The position numbers and the translations under genes were made by a program. Under the pieces are notes generated by a model. It had not been told where the DNA came from and did no database searches. It saw only the letters and a list, made by a program, of their open reading frames with translations. A DNA stretch of 64,000 nt from Lingula anatina (taxonomy: Eukaryota > Animalia > Brachiopoda), in assembly GCA_051362555.1 (NCBI GenBank), contig CM120645.1, positions 11,904,001 through 11,968,000 of the forward strand. The letters run 5' to 3'. The stretch's first letter is position 1. Every line of letters starts with the position of its first letter. Shown in pieces: positions 38,901 to 52,777 of this stretch.

Positions 38901-41900
38901 CAGGTTAATAACTTGCACCTATAAACCGTTAGATAATTACCTGTATCTTGCCATACTGGAGGAAGACAGGAATAACATTTGCTGTACATGTACAAGACCA
39001 ACAATACAATTCCATGGTATAGCGGTTTTATATTCATTAGTCACATTATAAGTAGACCAGGCATTATAAGTACCCAAGATCTGCCTACTTTCATTACTCT
39101 GAGTTAGGGGGTGACACTTCTTTTGTCCAGTGTGTGTACATAAATGCTCTATTTAAAACTATTTTTTTCTGCCTCATAATCTCATAAAGAATGAAAATTA
39201 ACTTTTCATAAAAGAACAACTTAAAATCTGTGTTTAGTGTATGCATTTTACTGGGTTGACGGCATAGAGCCCAAGAATGACGGAAACTGGATATGGTACT
39301 CTAACAACAAACCCATAGACAGTTCGTTGTGGCTGCCTGGTGAGCCCAATGACTCCGGCCGGGAGGATTGTATGCATTTTTATGGCAGCAAAGTCTTGGG
39401 ATTGAATGACAAAATCTGCAGTGAAGCGCATCCTTTTATATGTGAATCTTATACAGGTAAATCATAGATGTACGAATAAATTAATCAAAAGGTTAATAAA
39501 TTGTTTTGATTTAATGGAAAAATTAATTATGTGAAGTGGCATCGATATAGTACAAACAGTGTCACGCTAGGTATAAACATGGTTTTCGTTCAGATTTACA
39601 TACTTAATAAGTAGTATAATTGTAATAGAGATAAGTCGGACGGGAGGAGCAGATAAACCCTTATCAACAAAGTAGCTCAGGAAGTCTTTTTCGCAAAATA
39701 TCATGCATAATAATCATACATAAGGCGTAATATACATAAATGTTCAAAAGCACATCTTACGACTAGATTGATATATTAACTACAATTCCTGGTTTATTTA
39801 AAGTTTCTTTAATTATACCTGAGTGTAGCATAGATCTACAGGGTTATAATGAACATTAATGTTGCCCAGATTCCATTAAGCATTTAATTTTGTGTTGCTG
39901 TTTAACGGTGCAATTATTTTATGATATTCATTCCAGATGGAGCTTGGAATCCTGGAGTACATGTTTCACACTAAAGCAATTGTTAACACTGCTATTCAGA
40001 GTGGGTCATATTTCATAAACTTTATTTCAGTAAGGACTTGGGAGTCCTGGGAATCATGGAGCAAATGTTCTGTAACGTGCGGTTCACAAGGTCTGAGGTT
40101 CCGTACACGTGTATGTGATAATCCAGCACCTGTTGGTGCCGGTAAACCGTGTCCTGGGGCTGACAGACAAACTGAAGTGTGTTATCCTCCACCGTGTCCC
40201 AGTAAGTAGGCTGCTGACAGGTTATCTCTGCTGAGATTTCTTATCTGTATGTAGAAGTTACATATTACAAATTATTGCTTCGCACCGACCTTCAATTAGT
40301 ATTTTTCCATTATAGACCTATTCTTGAGGAAGCTAGTACGGTTTGATAAATTAAACCTTAAATGAAATAAAAACTGCGCCGTAAGTTACAAAGTTTATAA
40401 TCCTTCTTGCTCTTCTGTCTCGGGACAAATGTAAATTTGCAAATGACCCATTCGTCAGATCGAGTAAAATATTTTGTAAAGACTGATGACAATCAACAAA
40501 CAAATCAAATTAATTTATAATCATTTTAGCCTGTCAGGTACATAATGTTCTTGGGGCCACTACCTCGGTATCTGCTGCAAGGATATATGAAAATGAATAC
40601 GTGCGTTATTACTGCCTGCCAGAACACACACTGGTCAGCGGCAGTCTGAAAAGAACATGTCAGGCTGACGGCACTTTAACAAACGAGGAGCCGCAGTGCA
40701 AAAGTGAGTAAATGGAATGTATGCCAAAGCATTGCAATATACTCAGCGTTTTCTTGTTTATCAATCTGGATATTACGATGGTTTTATTAAACATATCTCT
40801 TTCATAAAATACATTTACAACATTTCAGTTCCAGCTCATATCTTTTTCAGTTATCTATTTTTTGATGATGGGAACTAATTAATTACTTTATTTAATTGTT
40901 ATCAGAATGCTGTGGAAAGGCACGTTACATCGTGAACGGCTATCCCGACACGCCTGCCTCCTTGTGTTATGGGGACCATGTGAACTATCTGTGTGACAGA
41001 GGTTACAAGTCCTCAAACAGCACACCTATCGTCTGCTCGTCACCCTACGAATGGAAGTACATACCCCTGCCTAAATGTGAACGTAAGATTAGATAATCCT
41101 ATTTACCATAATATGTATTTACAGCATAATGATTAGTACCTGACGCATTTTACGGTCTCTTCTATTATTTACTGGATCATCTTTTTTTTTCTATATTCGT
41201 AGCATTGCCTTAGACGAGCTAAATGCATTTATAGATAGTTTGTATTTAGATATAGAACAAGGAATCCAAATCCAAATCGTTAATAAGTGCCCCTGAGCTG
41301 ATATATATTTCAACTTCAGCCGATGGAGAATGCGACTCGACTGATATCGCAGCTCCACAAGGCGGCTATAAGGCGTGTTCTGGGGACGAACTAGACAAAG
41401 TGTGCTACATGCATTGTTCCAACGGAGAGCAATATACAGGGGGACATGACGTGTTTGAGTGCAGCGTAAAGACAGGCTGGGAATGGAAAGTGCGTCTACG
41501 AGGAAGCACGAGCTATGTGCGCAGCAACATAGGGACATGTCAAAGTGAGAAAGATTACTTTTTATTACTGGCAGTATAAAATAATTATGTTGATTGCTTT
41601 ATAGATTTAGAAAGAATGAAGGTATAAAGTGGTTAATATCACGTAATTAAAATATCATACATGTTTTTTAAAAGATCAAACTTCACTCTCTCTGGATAAT
41701 TGATTAATGAGCAACCTGTGATATTAAATATACTTTGAAGTAATTTGGCTGATGTCTTTATTGTCAGTGCATATATTTTTCAGTTTCGGATGATCCGTCG
41801 GGTCTGCTCATGTTTCTGACGGGTCCTGAGTTGAGGACATCCTCTTCGGAGCCGGATGAGGCACTGATAGAAGAGATAAAAGATGAAATGATGAAAAAGC

Positions 41901-44900
41901 TGCTTGCAGCAAATATCTGCACAGATCCTTGCAAGGTACAACGACTTTATTACACAGGACACATAAAGATTGTAACAAAATAAACTGTAGAACTTGTTTT
42001 ATTATAGACAGTCTTTTTTAAGGAGAGTCATAAAACACAATGATTAAAAAATATGAAAAAATATGGGTCGTTTGGTAAAGGAACGAGCGTTACCTAGGTA
42101 AGCGAATACGCAGTACTTTTACTACCAAAAACGTCAAAGCACACAGACATTCACTTGTGAAAAGAAACATTGTAAAATAAAACTTAAAACAGGTACTCGA
42201 TATAGGACGTAACGGCTGCATTTCAAATATTCCTTGAATGTAGATACAAAATATTGAGGTAGAACAAGCTGGACACGTTAATCGAAGATCAGTTCCCCAA
42301 GAAAAATTGTTCAAGATGAAGATCAGTCTGTATGCCGCACCTGCCAAGGGCTCCACCACAACGCAACAATCGACCAGAATTGAGCTCTCCAGAATTATGA
42401 AGCTTTTGAGGTAGGCATATTATTTTTTATCAAACACAATATATATAAATACAGGGCAATTTCTTTTAAGGTAGTTGGATGTAATGCTAACGGATTTTAC
42501 ACTCAAATTAGTCAAACCCGTTTGGCCTACCAATGATTTGTCTAATCTGCTTTGGACCGTTATTGAAAAGTTATGGCTGTTTATACATTTTATTAAAACC
42601 TAACCGTTTCATTGCGAAAAAGGCATTCAAATAGGTACTTACATATGTATTTCTTACAATCTTTAACACAAATTAAAGGAATGTTGTGACATACATTTTG
42701 TAGCACAAAAGCCGCAGCGTTAAAACAAGCCATAACCTCACAGGCAATTACACTAGAAATAGATGGCGCTCGTGTAACAGTTAAGGGGGATAACATCCAG
42801 ATTTCAAGGCCATCCCTGGCGTGTCTCGATGGATCTATTAGGAAAGGCTTTGACTGTTGTAAGTCCTGTCTAGATTTTTTGTTATAAGTCACTGAATCAC
42901 CTCTATTTATTTTTGTAGGATATGGAACGTTCTGCGTAATCAATTTTATGAATTTTATAATATTGCACAGACTAGATAAGTAATTTCTGCTTCACGGAAA
43001 CTCCGCTGAATTACAATATTCTGGAATGTTCCGTTATCGACTTAAGCATTTTATACATCATGCATTTTTTAAATCCCCAGTTTCACTTCCAGGAACGCTA
43101 GTTTTGCGGTTAAGTCATAAATGATATGTTTGTCGTTTTGTTTGTTGTAAAACAATATTTCTTCAAAATTTACAGTCACCTGTCCTGCAGGCACTTACCA
43201 TGATTTAGCTGATAAGCAGTGTGCGTCATGCCCATTTGGACAATATCAGGACCAACCCGGTCAAAGTTCCTGCAAACTGTGTCCGAATGGCACCACCACA
43301 GACAGAATAGGAATCAGCAACTCGTCCCAATGCAGAGGTATTTCTTATGTAATCTAAACGGTCATTGGGTTATTTTTGTATCATCCCTTTTTAAAATATT
43401 CTTCATATATATTGTGTTCATTAACTGTATTTCAAGAATTATTTAGTATACATGTTCATGTATTTTTGTCTTCTCACAGAATACGAGGGTTGTAACTGTG
43501 GCATACACCCGTGCATATTAAATGGTACAGCCTTTGAATGCAGTTGCCTACCTGGTTATCAATCTGACAACGGAACCTGCATTGGTAATGTGACTTTGAT
43601 TGCCTACGACAAACAATTAAGGATGACTGATGTAATGGCAATTTATTCACTATTTGAAAATATGTATATATTTACATATAATAATTGACCAACTTTATGA
43701 ACTGAATTTTCAAATTTAGATTATTTAGCTGAAAACAGCGTACGAAGTCAATATGCCAAGTGCATCATGTTTACAGGTATTGCATTTAAAGTAATTGTTT
43801 TGGCATTAGTGTTTATTACATTACCGAAGATGTAATTCAGTAAGCGTGTGGACTTGCATTTCATTTGTACGTCTGTTTCTGTGTCACAGATATCGATGAA
43901 TGCCTGTCAGACATATGTCCAGCGAATTCCAGGTGTATCAATAAGGAGGGGTCTTACAGGTGTGAATGCCTACCTGGATATGAAGGGGAATATTGTACAG
44001 GTGTGGTACAACTACAGTACACCTTATAGCCAGCGTGTCTGAGAAAAGTGAATAAATAAAAAAATAAATAGTAAATAAATGGGTTAAAATAAATTAAATA
44101 AGATAATTTAATAAATTAATAACCGGTGGTAAATTCAAGACTTTTGACCATATATTGTCATACAACACACACTAAAAACATTTTATCTGTTAAAATATGT
44201 GCGTAATTTGACATGAAAATTATGAGAAATAAGATCTCGATAAAATGTGAACTGTTTTAAAAGACATTATGTCCCAACAAGGGACAATGAAAATCCTATT
44301 TTACTCAGTAAATATGTTTTCAGATATCAACGAATGCAAGTACCCCGATAGCTGCCCCAACTCTAAGATGCTGTGTATGAACACAGTGGGGAGTTATAGC
44401 TGTACATGTCCAAGTGGGCTGTTTGGAGACAATTGTAGTAAGTGCGGGAAATATTAAGATTTGAAAATACACCTGAATTGAGGAACTACCACAGTGTGTT
44501 TTAGGATGAGGTTTTTGGAAGGATATTGTACCCTCGTTTTTCACGCAGTTTAGTGCGATGTATAGGCTCTTCATTAATAACATATTGACTTTGCCTTTAT
44601 TTAATAACTGCTTAAAAAGACGCTATTCAAATTGTAGTCTTCTGGCATGTTCAACGAAATTATATCAACCCCATATTTAAACTGATATTTCAGACAGTAA
44701 GTGTCCCCAAAATTCCACCGATACCGGCAACAGCTGTCTGTACATTTCGGACACTATGGTCAGTTACAGCGGTGCATTGAACTTATGTGGAAATTTCCAC
44801 GCAGGAGCGCATTTGGTTGACGTGAAAGATAAGATATCGTTTAAACGGTTAACTTATAACCTGCAGTCAAAGAGATATTGGATGGGTGGGTATTTGCGTG

Positions 44901-45419
44901 TAATGTACACCTTTCATGTGTTGCCTTTAATGCTGTCGCTACAGTTGTCTCTTTTGTTCTCGTTATCCCTCCGTATATAGTGATTCTTCACCTCTACCTT
45001 CCTCCGTCACCACCAATCCTACTACTGCATACTGATCTTTTCGCTTCGCTTACAGTAACTACATATGTGCTACAGGTTATGTTAATCGACAAGGTTATTT
45101 GATGTGTAAACATTTATTCTACTAATTCAGATTTATAGATTACTTCACTATAATACTAGATTCTCTATCTGATGTACCAATGCATTCTTCTGTGCAAATT
45201 ATTTCTTATGTTTTTACTGTTTTATTTGAACTTGTGTTTAAGTTATGAATCTGCTGTCTGTTTCAAGTTTACCAAAGCATTAGTTAAGTATACTATCCAT
45301 TCGCGTCTTTTCTACCAGGTCTTAACGACATGGTTGCTGAGGGACAGTTTGTGTACAGTGATGGGACCACGATGACGTCATACAACGAATGGGGAAGTTG
45401 GGATTCATTTTCACTGTGA
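35922..45419 (+). CDS. Mosaic secreted protein A: SP-CTL-TSP1-3xsushi/CCP-linker-ephrin-receptor-like-EGF-2x cbEGF-CTL (C-terminal CTL truncated)
   Basis: Open exons approx 35922-36171, 39238-39456, 40031-40201, 40530-40703, 40906-41082, 41320-41544, 41784-41935, 42244-42410, 42704-42858, 43176-43337, 43480-43584, 43890-44000, 44324-44437, 44694-44885, 45319-45419. Motifs [22 protein letters not shown]...[17 protein letters not shown]. Confidence 0.85.
37379..38608 (-). mobile_element. Rearranged Gypsy LTR retrotransposon nested in Tc1
   Basis: TGTAC...GTACA ends; 4-bp TSD TGCT (37375-78, 38609-12); full LTR 37379-37784 with adjacent minus-strand polypurine tract; 40-bp LTR end at 38569-38608. 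Confidence 0.9.
38091..38568 (+). pseudogene. Gypsy integrase fragment (HHCC zinc finger plus rve core)
   Basis: H..GH.G...[35 protein letters not shown] truncated before the catalytic Glu. Confidence 0.9.
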
Positions 45420-46234
45420 AAATGTAGGGGCCCACTTAGCTATATTAGACACAGTGGACAAAAGAGACATCATACTAAATTACGTGAAAAATAATGGAGG
45501 TAAGTAAATAAAATGATTGCTTTATTTTCATTTGAAATTAACAGATTTTGAATTATTTTCTGTTTCTCAATTATGTTTCTTAGTGTATTTTACTTCTATC
45601 TTTTAAAATTACCCCGTTGGTTTTTAAACAGTAAATCCAATACTTTTCATGGTAAAATATACAGGTAAGTTGAGATACACAAATCTACAAAATGGAAACA
45701 AGACAGACATCATAGAAGTTAGTTTGATTCATGCATCAAAAGTTGGCAGAGGAATATGCTATTGAATGTTGAGATAATCCCCAAATATCTGATTAATGAT
45801 AAATGATATATTGTTATCCATTCTAGGTGGAAGATACTGGCTGGATGGCAGGGAACCTTGGCTAGATGGACGTTGGATATGGTACTCAAAGAAAACTCCA
45901 GTTGACCAAAATCTATGGGGAAAGGGAGAACCGAATGATTGGGGCGTGCAAGAGGCGTGTATGCAAATAACATATTCATTTGTTAACGATGTGCCGTGCG
46001 ATTATACATACCCCTTCCTTTGTGAAATTGATATAGGTATGAATATGAAAATATACTGAAAGTTTTAAACATAGAAACACCTTAAAATAGTATTAATCTC
46101 CATTTTGTATTTAAGATTAACTGAATTCTCTGGTAACTTTTTGATGTTACAGTAAAAAAAAAACTAGTTTTCAGAGCCAACTTCTCAACCAATAATCATA
46201 TACATTTTCTTTTAATACTTTGATAGACCTGTTG

Positions 46235-46236
<2 letters not shown>

Positions 46237-46294
<58 letters not shown>
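46237..46294. repeat. (TA)n microsatellite
   Basis: Pure TA run. Confidence 0.95.
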
Positions 46295-46298
<4 letters not shown>

Positions 46299-46779
46299 GC
46301 TTTTATAGATTTTAAATCTGCCTTTGATAGAATATGGAGAGCAGGGCTATGGCGGAAACCAATGAATCATATTATGAAACGAAAATGTCTGACCGTCATT
46401 GTAAACATATATAATGATTTCAAATCTAAAATGTTACTAAACGGTGAATTATCGGAAAACTTTCTATGCATAATAAGAGTACGACAGGGTGAAAACTTAT
46501 CCCCCTTTCTATTGACAGTACTTTAATGTAACCTTTTAAGTACAAAATACGCTAGAAGCTTACGGATGACGACCTCCACTGTCAGGTGTGTAAATTAGGG
46601 ACAAAAGTTGAAGGAACGAATAATAAGATGCTTTCTAAGGGTTGTCCTCCCAAATTTTTTTAAAAAAAATTACAGCTACCAAAATGTTGGAATATAGTGA
46701 ACTGTTTTAAGTTATTAGGAATTAATTAAAAAATAAACGGTATGCAACAAAGAAAAGAACTAAAGCACAGTGTTTAAGA

Positions 46780-47340
46780 GAGCAAAGCATCTTAATCTAG
46801 GTATAATCTGGGTATAATCTAGATTGATCAGCTAGAACTTTTTTCATGATGTAATTGCCCCACTTGTATTGTACAGCTGTGAAATGTGGGGGTTTGGTGA
46901 CATAGACATAGGAGAACAGGTGCACTTTGAAATTCTGATAATTTTTATTCGCTATTAAAATTATGCAGGGAAATGAATGCAAGTGGATGAAAAATTTGAT
47001 ATCTAAGTTTTGAAAAGTGCGGTTTAAGCGATATATTAGGACTAAGGGTGTTTGTAATAAACAATGGCTGAAAACTGTGTTAAACAGACGCCAACGAATG
47101 CACTTCGATTTGTAATAACATTAGTACAGGGTTGATTTATAACATCTGTACAAATCAAAAATTTAAGATACATATTTTCTAACAGATACAGTAGTTATCT
47201 GTACTTACAGATAACTGCAATAGTCTAATTTAGCATTAATAATCATAGGTTACCAATCGATACAAGCAATTGAACAAAAATGCCGATAAATTTAGGATGG
47301 TTTTGATTGTTTAAAGCAGAAATAGGAGACCACTTTTATT
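46780..47340 (+). mobile_element. Degenerate non-LTR retrotransposon (LINE) 3' ORF2 fragment
   Basis: VIAPLVLYSCEMWGF (~46851) and SINNHRLPIDT (~47232) resemble the PILLYGCEVWG and FRISNHRLPIETG motifs of CR1/L2-group LINEs; frameshifted. Confidence 0.6.
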
Positions 47341-49937
47341 ATACCATAATAAAGGTAAAAACCATTTATACCATAATAAAAAATAAAGGAAAACAATAGT
47401 GCATTTAACAGTGCTGTAAGAAACCTAACGTGGGCGTCAAAATGTATATGTATTTTCCTCCTTGAAAGAACGAAAAGACACGTACTAAATTTCCGTGAGA
47501 GGTTTTAGCAGCATCTCATAGTAGAAATCACAATTGGCCTTTAAGCACGTTATTAGTTTTGCCCAAAAACTGTCTTGCGTGAAGTGCCGCATCCATTTTT
47601 ATAAGTAAGGAGTTTTGTTTTAAAAACATATAAAGAAAACGTACATTTTCAATTTGAGTAAACGGAGGTTGGGGATCCTGGTCATCATGGAGCACCTGTT
47701 CTGTGACCTGCGGTTCACAAGGTCTGAGGTCCCGCACTCGTGCATGTGATAACCCCGCACCTGTTGGCACCGGAAAACCCTGTCCTGGAGCTGACAGACA
47801 AACCGAGTTCTGTTTCCCAGGACAGTGTCCTGGTGAGTATAAAATCTTGCAAACAGGCTTATTTTATGTAAGGGTACTTATCTGTAAATCCTGTTTGTAA
47901 TTATCCAGTGGGTTGATTTACGGGAAGGGACTGTTGTACAGTATAGGTGCTTTTTATAACTAAGTCATTTGATATAGACAGAAGGAATAACCAGGGAGTG
48001 TAATTTTTTTTTTTTTTTTGGGGGGGGGGGGTGAGAAGTTAGGGATGGGAATGTCATGGGTGGAGACAATTTTCCCATTTCAGTGAACGGTGGATGGGCT
48101 ACATGGGGAGGATGGCAGTCCTGCTCACAAACATGTGGAAGTGGGACCAAACTTAGGTCTCGCACGTGCACCAACCCAGCACCTGCATACAACGGGAAGA
48201 ATTGCTCTGGAAACAGTTCCGAGACAAAACCTTGTAACCTGAAGGATTGCCCAAGTATGTGGATGCTTTTTCTTTGATGTAGCTTTTTAAAGGAATTTTC
48301 TAGGTGTTGAAACACTGAGCGTGGCAAAGAGAAGTTTTCTTCATTTTTATCATCTTTGGCCTTTTAAGATTAAAATATATCACTCAAACTCTGTATGGTC
48401 TATAGAGGCGAGATGTATACGTCCGGTGTAGAAGGCAATATAGCCTATTACGAACCTGAGAAGACCCAAGGAAGAAGCCTGAAAAAAATTGCTCTCGAGT
48501 GGCTGCATTTGGTCACCATTTACTATAGTATAAAATTTTATGTTAACACACGGACGACAATTAATGGCATGGTTAAAAACAAAATGGTTGCATCACAGAC
48601 ATTGTTATACTTAGACACTTGGTGTATCACTTCTAAAACACAAATTTGAAAAACATATGTAGCAATGAAAACGATGAATATGACACAACGGCGAAAGAAA
48701 AATAAACAGGAAAGCAAAAATGCTGTTAACAAAGAAGATCGAAATACATGTAACGTTTAGTCACTATGTAAATGCAACATGCAAATGCAATCTGCAAATT
48801 TTTTGTCATTGCAGAGTGTGACACATCGGTCTTAAGAGAACCAGGGAACGGTTCCAAGAACTGCAAATCCAGCGTGACTAGTGCAGGGAAACTGTGTCAA
48901 ATGCGCTGCCACCAAGGATATGAATACATCGGAAGTGAAAACACATTTTACTGTAATCACAACACAAACTGGAACTGGGCGGTGCGACAAAATGGCAAAT
49001 ATTTGCCGTCGGCCAATGTACTTGACTGTCGTAGTAAGTCTGAGTGTTAAAACCAAATAAAATGGGGCGTTGGGTTTGCTCTGCGCGGGCTGAAAAAGTA
49101 AAACGACGCAGCAGCTTGTTTAGCGAATATTTTCAAAAACTACATTTGACGTAAGGTTAATGTTTCGTACTTTAACGTTATATTTCACATGCATCTTTTA
49201 TAATGTTTTTCTTTCTGATTGTAAAGTTGAAACTTGCCTCATATCTGCGAATTCACAATTCTTATTTTATTTCATAATATACAACCCTCCCATACTTGTC
49301 TTTTAAGAAAAAAATCTACCCATTTTACAAAGGAAACGATCAATTTTGCATGAACATTAACTCTAATTAATCAAAATGGCAATTCAGTAGTCGACATTTA
49401 TTTGTCTTAGAGAAAATGTGTCCAGATGGTTTTAAAGCGGCTTCTGACAACTGGTGCTTATTTACCTCCGACCCATTGGCGGGGATGCTTAATTACAGCG
49501 ATTCTGTTAGATACTGCTCCGCAATGAATCCAGACGCACGCCTGGTAACTATCAAGACCAAGTCTGAGTACCAACAAATTGCCAAACTGCTGATAAAGGA
49601 TGCCCAATACTGGATAGGTAACTGCATGGGATTATTTCCATTCCTTGTAAACAGATCTTTCGAAAATGACCTAGTGAAACGTTAAACACGAGCTTTATCT
49701 TGAAGGCATGTCATCTCATTCTCGAGACTCTTTACGAGTGGAGTTATGTTAAAAAAGACATTTACTGGGAAATTGCGAAGCGTCATAAAACGTTGCACTT
49801 TAATTTTTAAAATTCATTTGGCAAAATATTTGTATAAAAGAAGATTTAAGTTTATGATTGCTGTTTTATGATAATGAACGCAGAAAACTATTTTCACAAC
49901 CTGAATGTATTCATGCAAAGTATTGGATTTACTTTTA

Positions 49938-50176
49938 CACACACTGGACAAAAGAAGTGTCACCCCCTGAATCAGAGTAATCAAAGTTATAATGCATGTC
50001 TACTTATAATGTGACTAATGAGTATAAAACCGCTGTACCATGGAATTGTATTGTTGGCCCTTTTGTGACATTTGATGTTAATAAAATGATACCAGGAGCA
50101 TATCATTCCACTGTCATTTATCTCCGCCAAAGTATTGGTTCAGTTGGGGTGACACTTCTATTGTCCAGTGTGTGTG
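49938..50176 (+). mobile_element. ~240-bp MITE, internal-deletion derivative of the Tc1 at 36520-39136
   Basis: Same TIRs and both subterminal regions, TA flanks, opposite orientation. Confidence 0.9.
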
Positions 50177-50852
50177 TAGGTTTTTAGGTCAATGAGGGCG
50201 CTTCTGCACTGAACTACACCTAACACTTTACATCTTTTACATTCTAGGGTTAGATGACCGAAGGGACGAAGGTCACTTTGTTTTCAGCGACGGGACATTT
50301 CTTGGGACAGACTCCTTTACCGAATGGGCAATTGGAAGCCCATCTGACAGCACCCTCAGCAACTGTGTTTTTATGGACGGGACAGGAGCTGCCTTCATGT
50401 GGAGAGATACGCCGTGCAAGGAGAAGAAGGCGTTTGTCTGTGAAATACGTCGTAAAGATGTATCGCCTCCTATTATTGGCTGAATTGATGAAATAATGCA
50501 AACTTTTTTAATTATACAAAATCAAGAGAAATTAATTTTTAAACATTTGACCTTGGCTGATGCTTGTTTTTTCGTAAGATAAACATTAATTGATGATAAT
50601 AAGTATAAAATCATGTGGGATCATTTTGGCATTTTCTGGCTTGTGAACTTAAATTGACCTGGGAGATGATTTTGAAATATTTTGATGATTTTGAAATATT
50701 TTATGTGCTCAAAATCTGTCTATCTATCTTGCTATCTAACTATGATGGACTAATTATGATTTCTTAATTTATTGCTAGGTGTAATTTTGTTTAATTGATA
50801 AATAAAGCTAAATTATTTTGCATCCTATGTTATTGATCATGGATGTTGTATA

Positions 50853-51594
50853 CTCCCTTAAGCAAAAATGTGTAACCCCTACCACAATTATGTACACTGC
50901 TACAAGGGAACCCACACTTTAAATGTTTCTATAATATAACAATTTGACAACTGATCACCTTGCACATTTGGGATGTGAGTACAGTTAAAGAATGAACCTA
51001 CCTAGCTTAACTATTGTAATATTCCAACGCCATTTTTACATACACGGCCTCTAAGCGAGAGGGGTACGTTTTAGGAGGGATTTTTGAACGGTAACCAGAA
51101 CAAAGACCCATGCATCCAACTACTTTAAATGAATTTAAAGAATTATGTCGGGAATATTTTCGTGGACCATGAACACCGATTTATGTTTCAGCATTATTAA
51201 GGTATTCCACGTGCAGCCAATGCAACAGAAGGCTGGTTATACAGTGGTGGATTTGGGGGGGGGGGGGGGTCAGGGGGTCCTTCGATTTATGAAAAAAATC
51301 ACACCAATGATATTAGAATTTTTACTAGCTATATTATAGTTCTAAACTGTAAAAAATGGCACTGTTTGCCCTCTGAAGTTCCAAAAAATATTTCGGGTCC
51401 CGAACCCCACGTCAAAATGGGATGGGGGAGTGAAGGTCGGTTCGTATCCGCGGACTCCCCCCCCCCCTTTAAATAATCCTGAATCAACCCCTGTTATATG
51501 CTATCCAGATTCATGGCCAGCTCAATCCCTAGACCAGAACCTCATTAGGAATGTGTAGATTGATCCTGGAAATGGATGAATGAGTGATAACTCT

Positions 51595-51642
<48 letters not shown>

Positions 51643-51937
51643 AACACATACTATCTTTGCACTAGAAATGGAATGCAATCACTTCGCAAACGTTACAGAA
51701 CTTTTTGACTCCACACACAGACGCGACAGGGGCGTCCTTCAATACAGGTGATACTGTATAAAATACCAAGATATGGCTTGATTTTTTTTACTATGGTTAC
51801 CTTAATCATTGGTTGTACAATCAGTAAATCTTTGTGAAAAAATCATTTTAGAAGCTGATAGAGAACATTGGTTAATGACATGTTTTTATGTATAACTTAT
51901 CGGATTGCGTTAGGAGTTACTTTTTTTGCTAGGGGAG
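50853..51937 (+). mobile_element. Degenerate Tc1 element, second family (with nested G/C-tract MITE ~51242-51493)
   Basis: TA-flanked TIRs CTCCCTTAAGCAAAAA / TTTTTGCTAGGGGAG; remnants FMFQH and WPAQSLDQNLIRNV. Confidence 0.7.
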
Positions 51938-52777
51938 TATATATCTCAACCATTCTTAAACTTTGTCTAGTCACATAGACATTGCTTTGTTTGAATTCCT
52001 CCCCAAAAAGGCACGTAACTACACAACTATAGCTATGATAAAGCTGAAATCCTCATGGATAAATTTAAATCTATATTCACATTAGTCAAAAGCAACTTTG
52101 AGACACTGAAGCTGCTAAACGATTGTAAATTACCCCCTAACAGCTTCAGTAGGCGCGCCAGACATCTAAGCCGCTTAGGCTGAGTGCAATTTAGCGAGAA
52201 TCCCCTCGGGGATGGACCGATTCCGCCAGATCGATCTAGGTATGGGAATGGGGTCTAAGACATGAATTAATATCTCCTGGTACTGTTTGTTGTTTTGGTT
52301 CCGACAGGTAAGGAAACGCACAGCAATCACCATCGATGTTCATATGTTATGAGTAAAAATAGTGTGTTCTTTAACCTCCGTATTAATTCGTGTATTGGTA
52401 CATGTATCTGCTTTTCCGACATCATCAATTACGGCTGGTGGTGCCTATATTTAAGATAATGTTTTAACATTAGATAAAAGCATTTTACAAAATTTCTTAC
52501 AGGTGGGCTAATCCTGTGCACCTCTTGCTCATTTCCAACGTCCCTGTGGTGTTTAATAAAGACAAGGATTAAAGTTAAATGGTCTTACGAGCTTTTAAGA
52601 GCAAAGAGTAAAAGGTTATCGAACAAGGTAAAAGAAATGATTTTTATTGACACGGAAATACTGTGTGAATAAACACATGTTGTCTCTGTATAACGTATAA
52701 AATATCAGATAGTACGCCTCAGCATTTAAAAATACATGAAGGCTGACACAAAATTATTTCACGCACTTTGAAATGAA

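Larger units (their letters stand above)
36520..39136 (-). mobile_element. Tc1 (DD34E) DNA transposon, disrupted, in intron 1 of gene A
   Basis: TIRs CACACACTGGACAAAAGAAGTGTCACCCC; TA TSD (36518-19, 39137-38); minus-strand transposase remnants [31 protein letters not shown] with 34 residues between D and E; in-frame stops. Confidence 0.95.
45412..50483 (+). pseudogene. Mosaic lectin gene B (5'-deleted): CTL-TSP1-TSP1-sushi-like-CTL
   Basis: Exon 1 survives only from [12 protein letters not shown] (45412-45499), with no start codon or signal peptide. Later exons approx 45827-46036, 47659-47833, 48083-48255, 48814-49033, 49411-49617, 50248-50483 remain open. Confidence 0.7.

Noticed and set aside
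52100-52260. GC-rich stretch with short hairpins upstream of gene C
   Set aside because: No recognisable RNA family or element termini; likely a repeat fragment.
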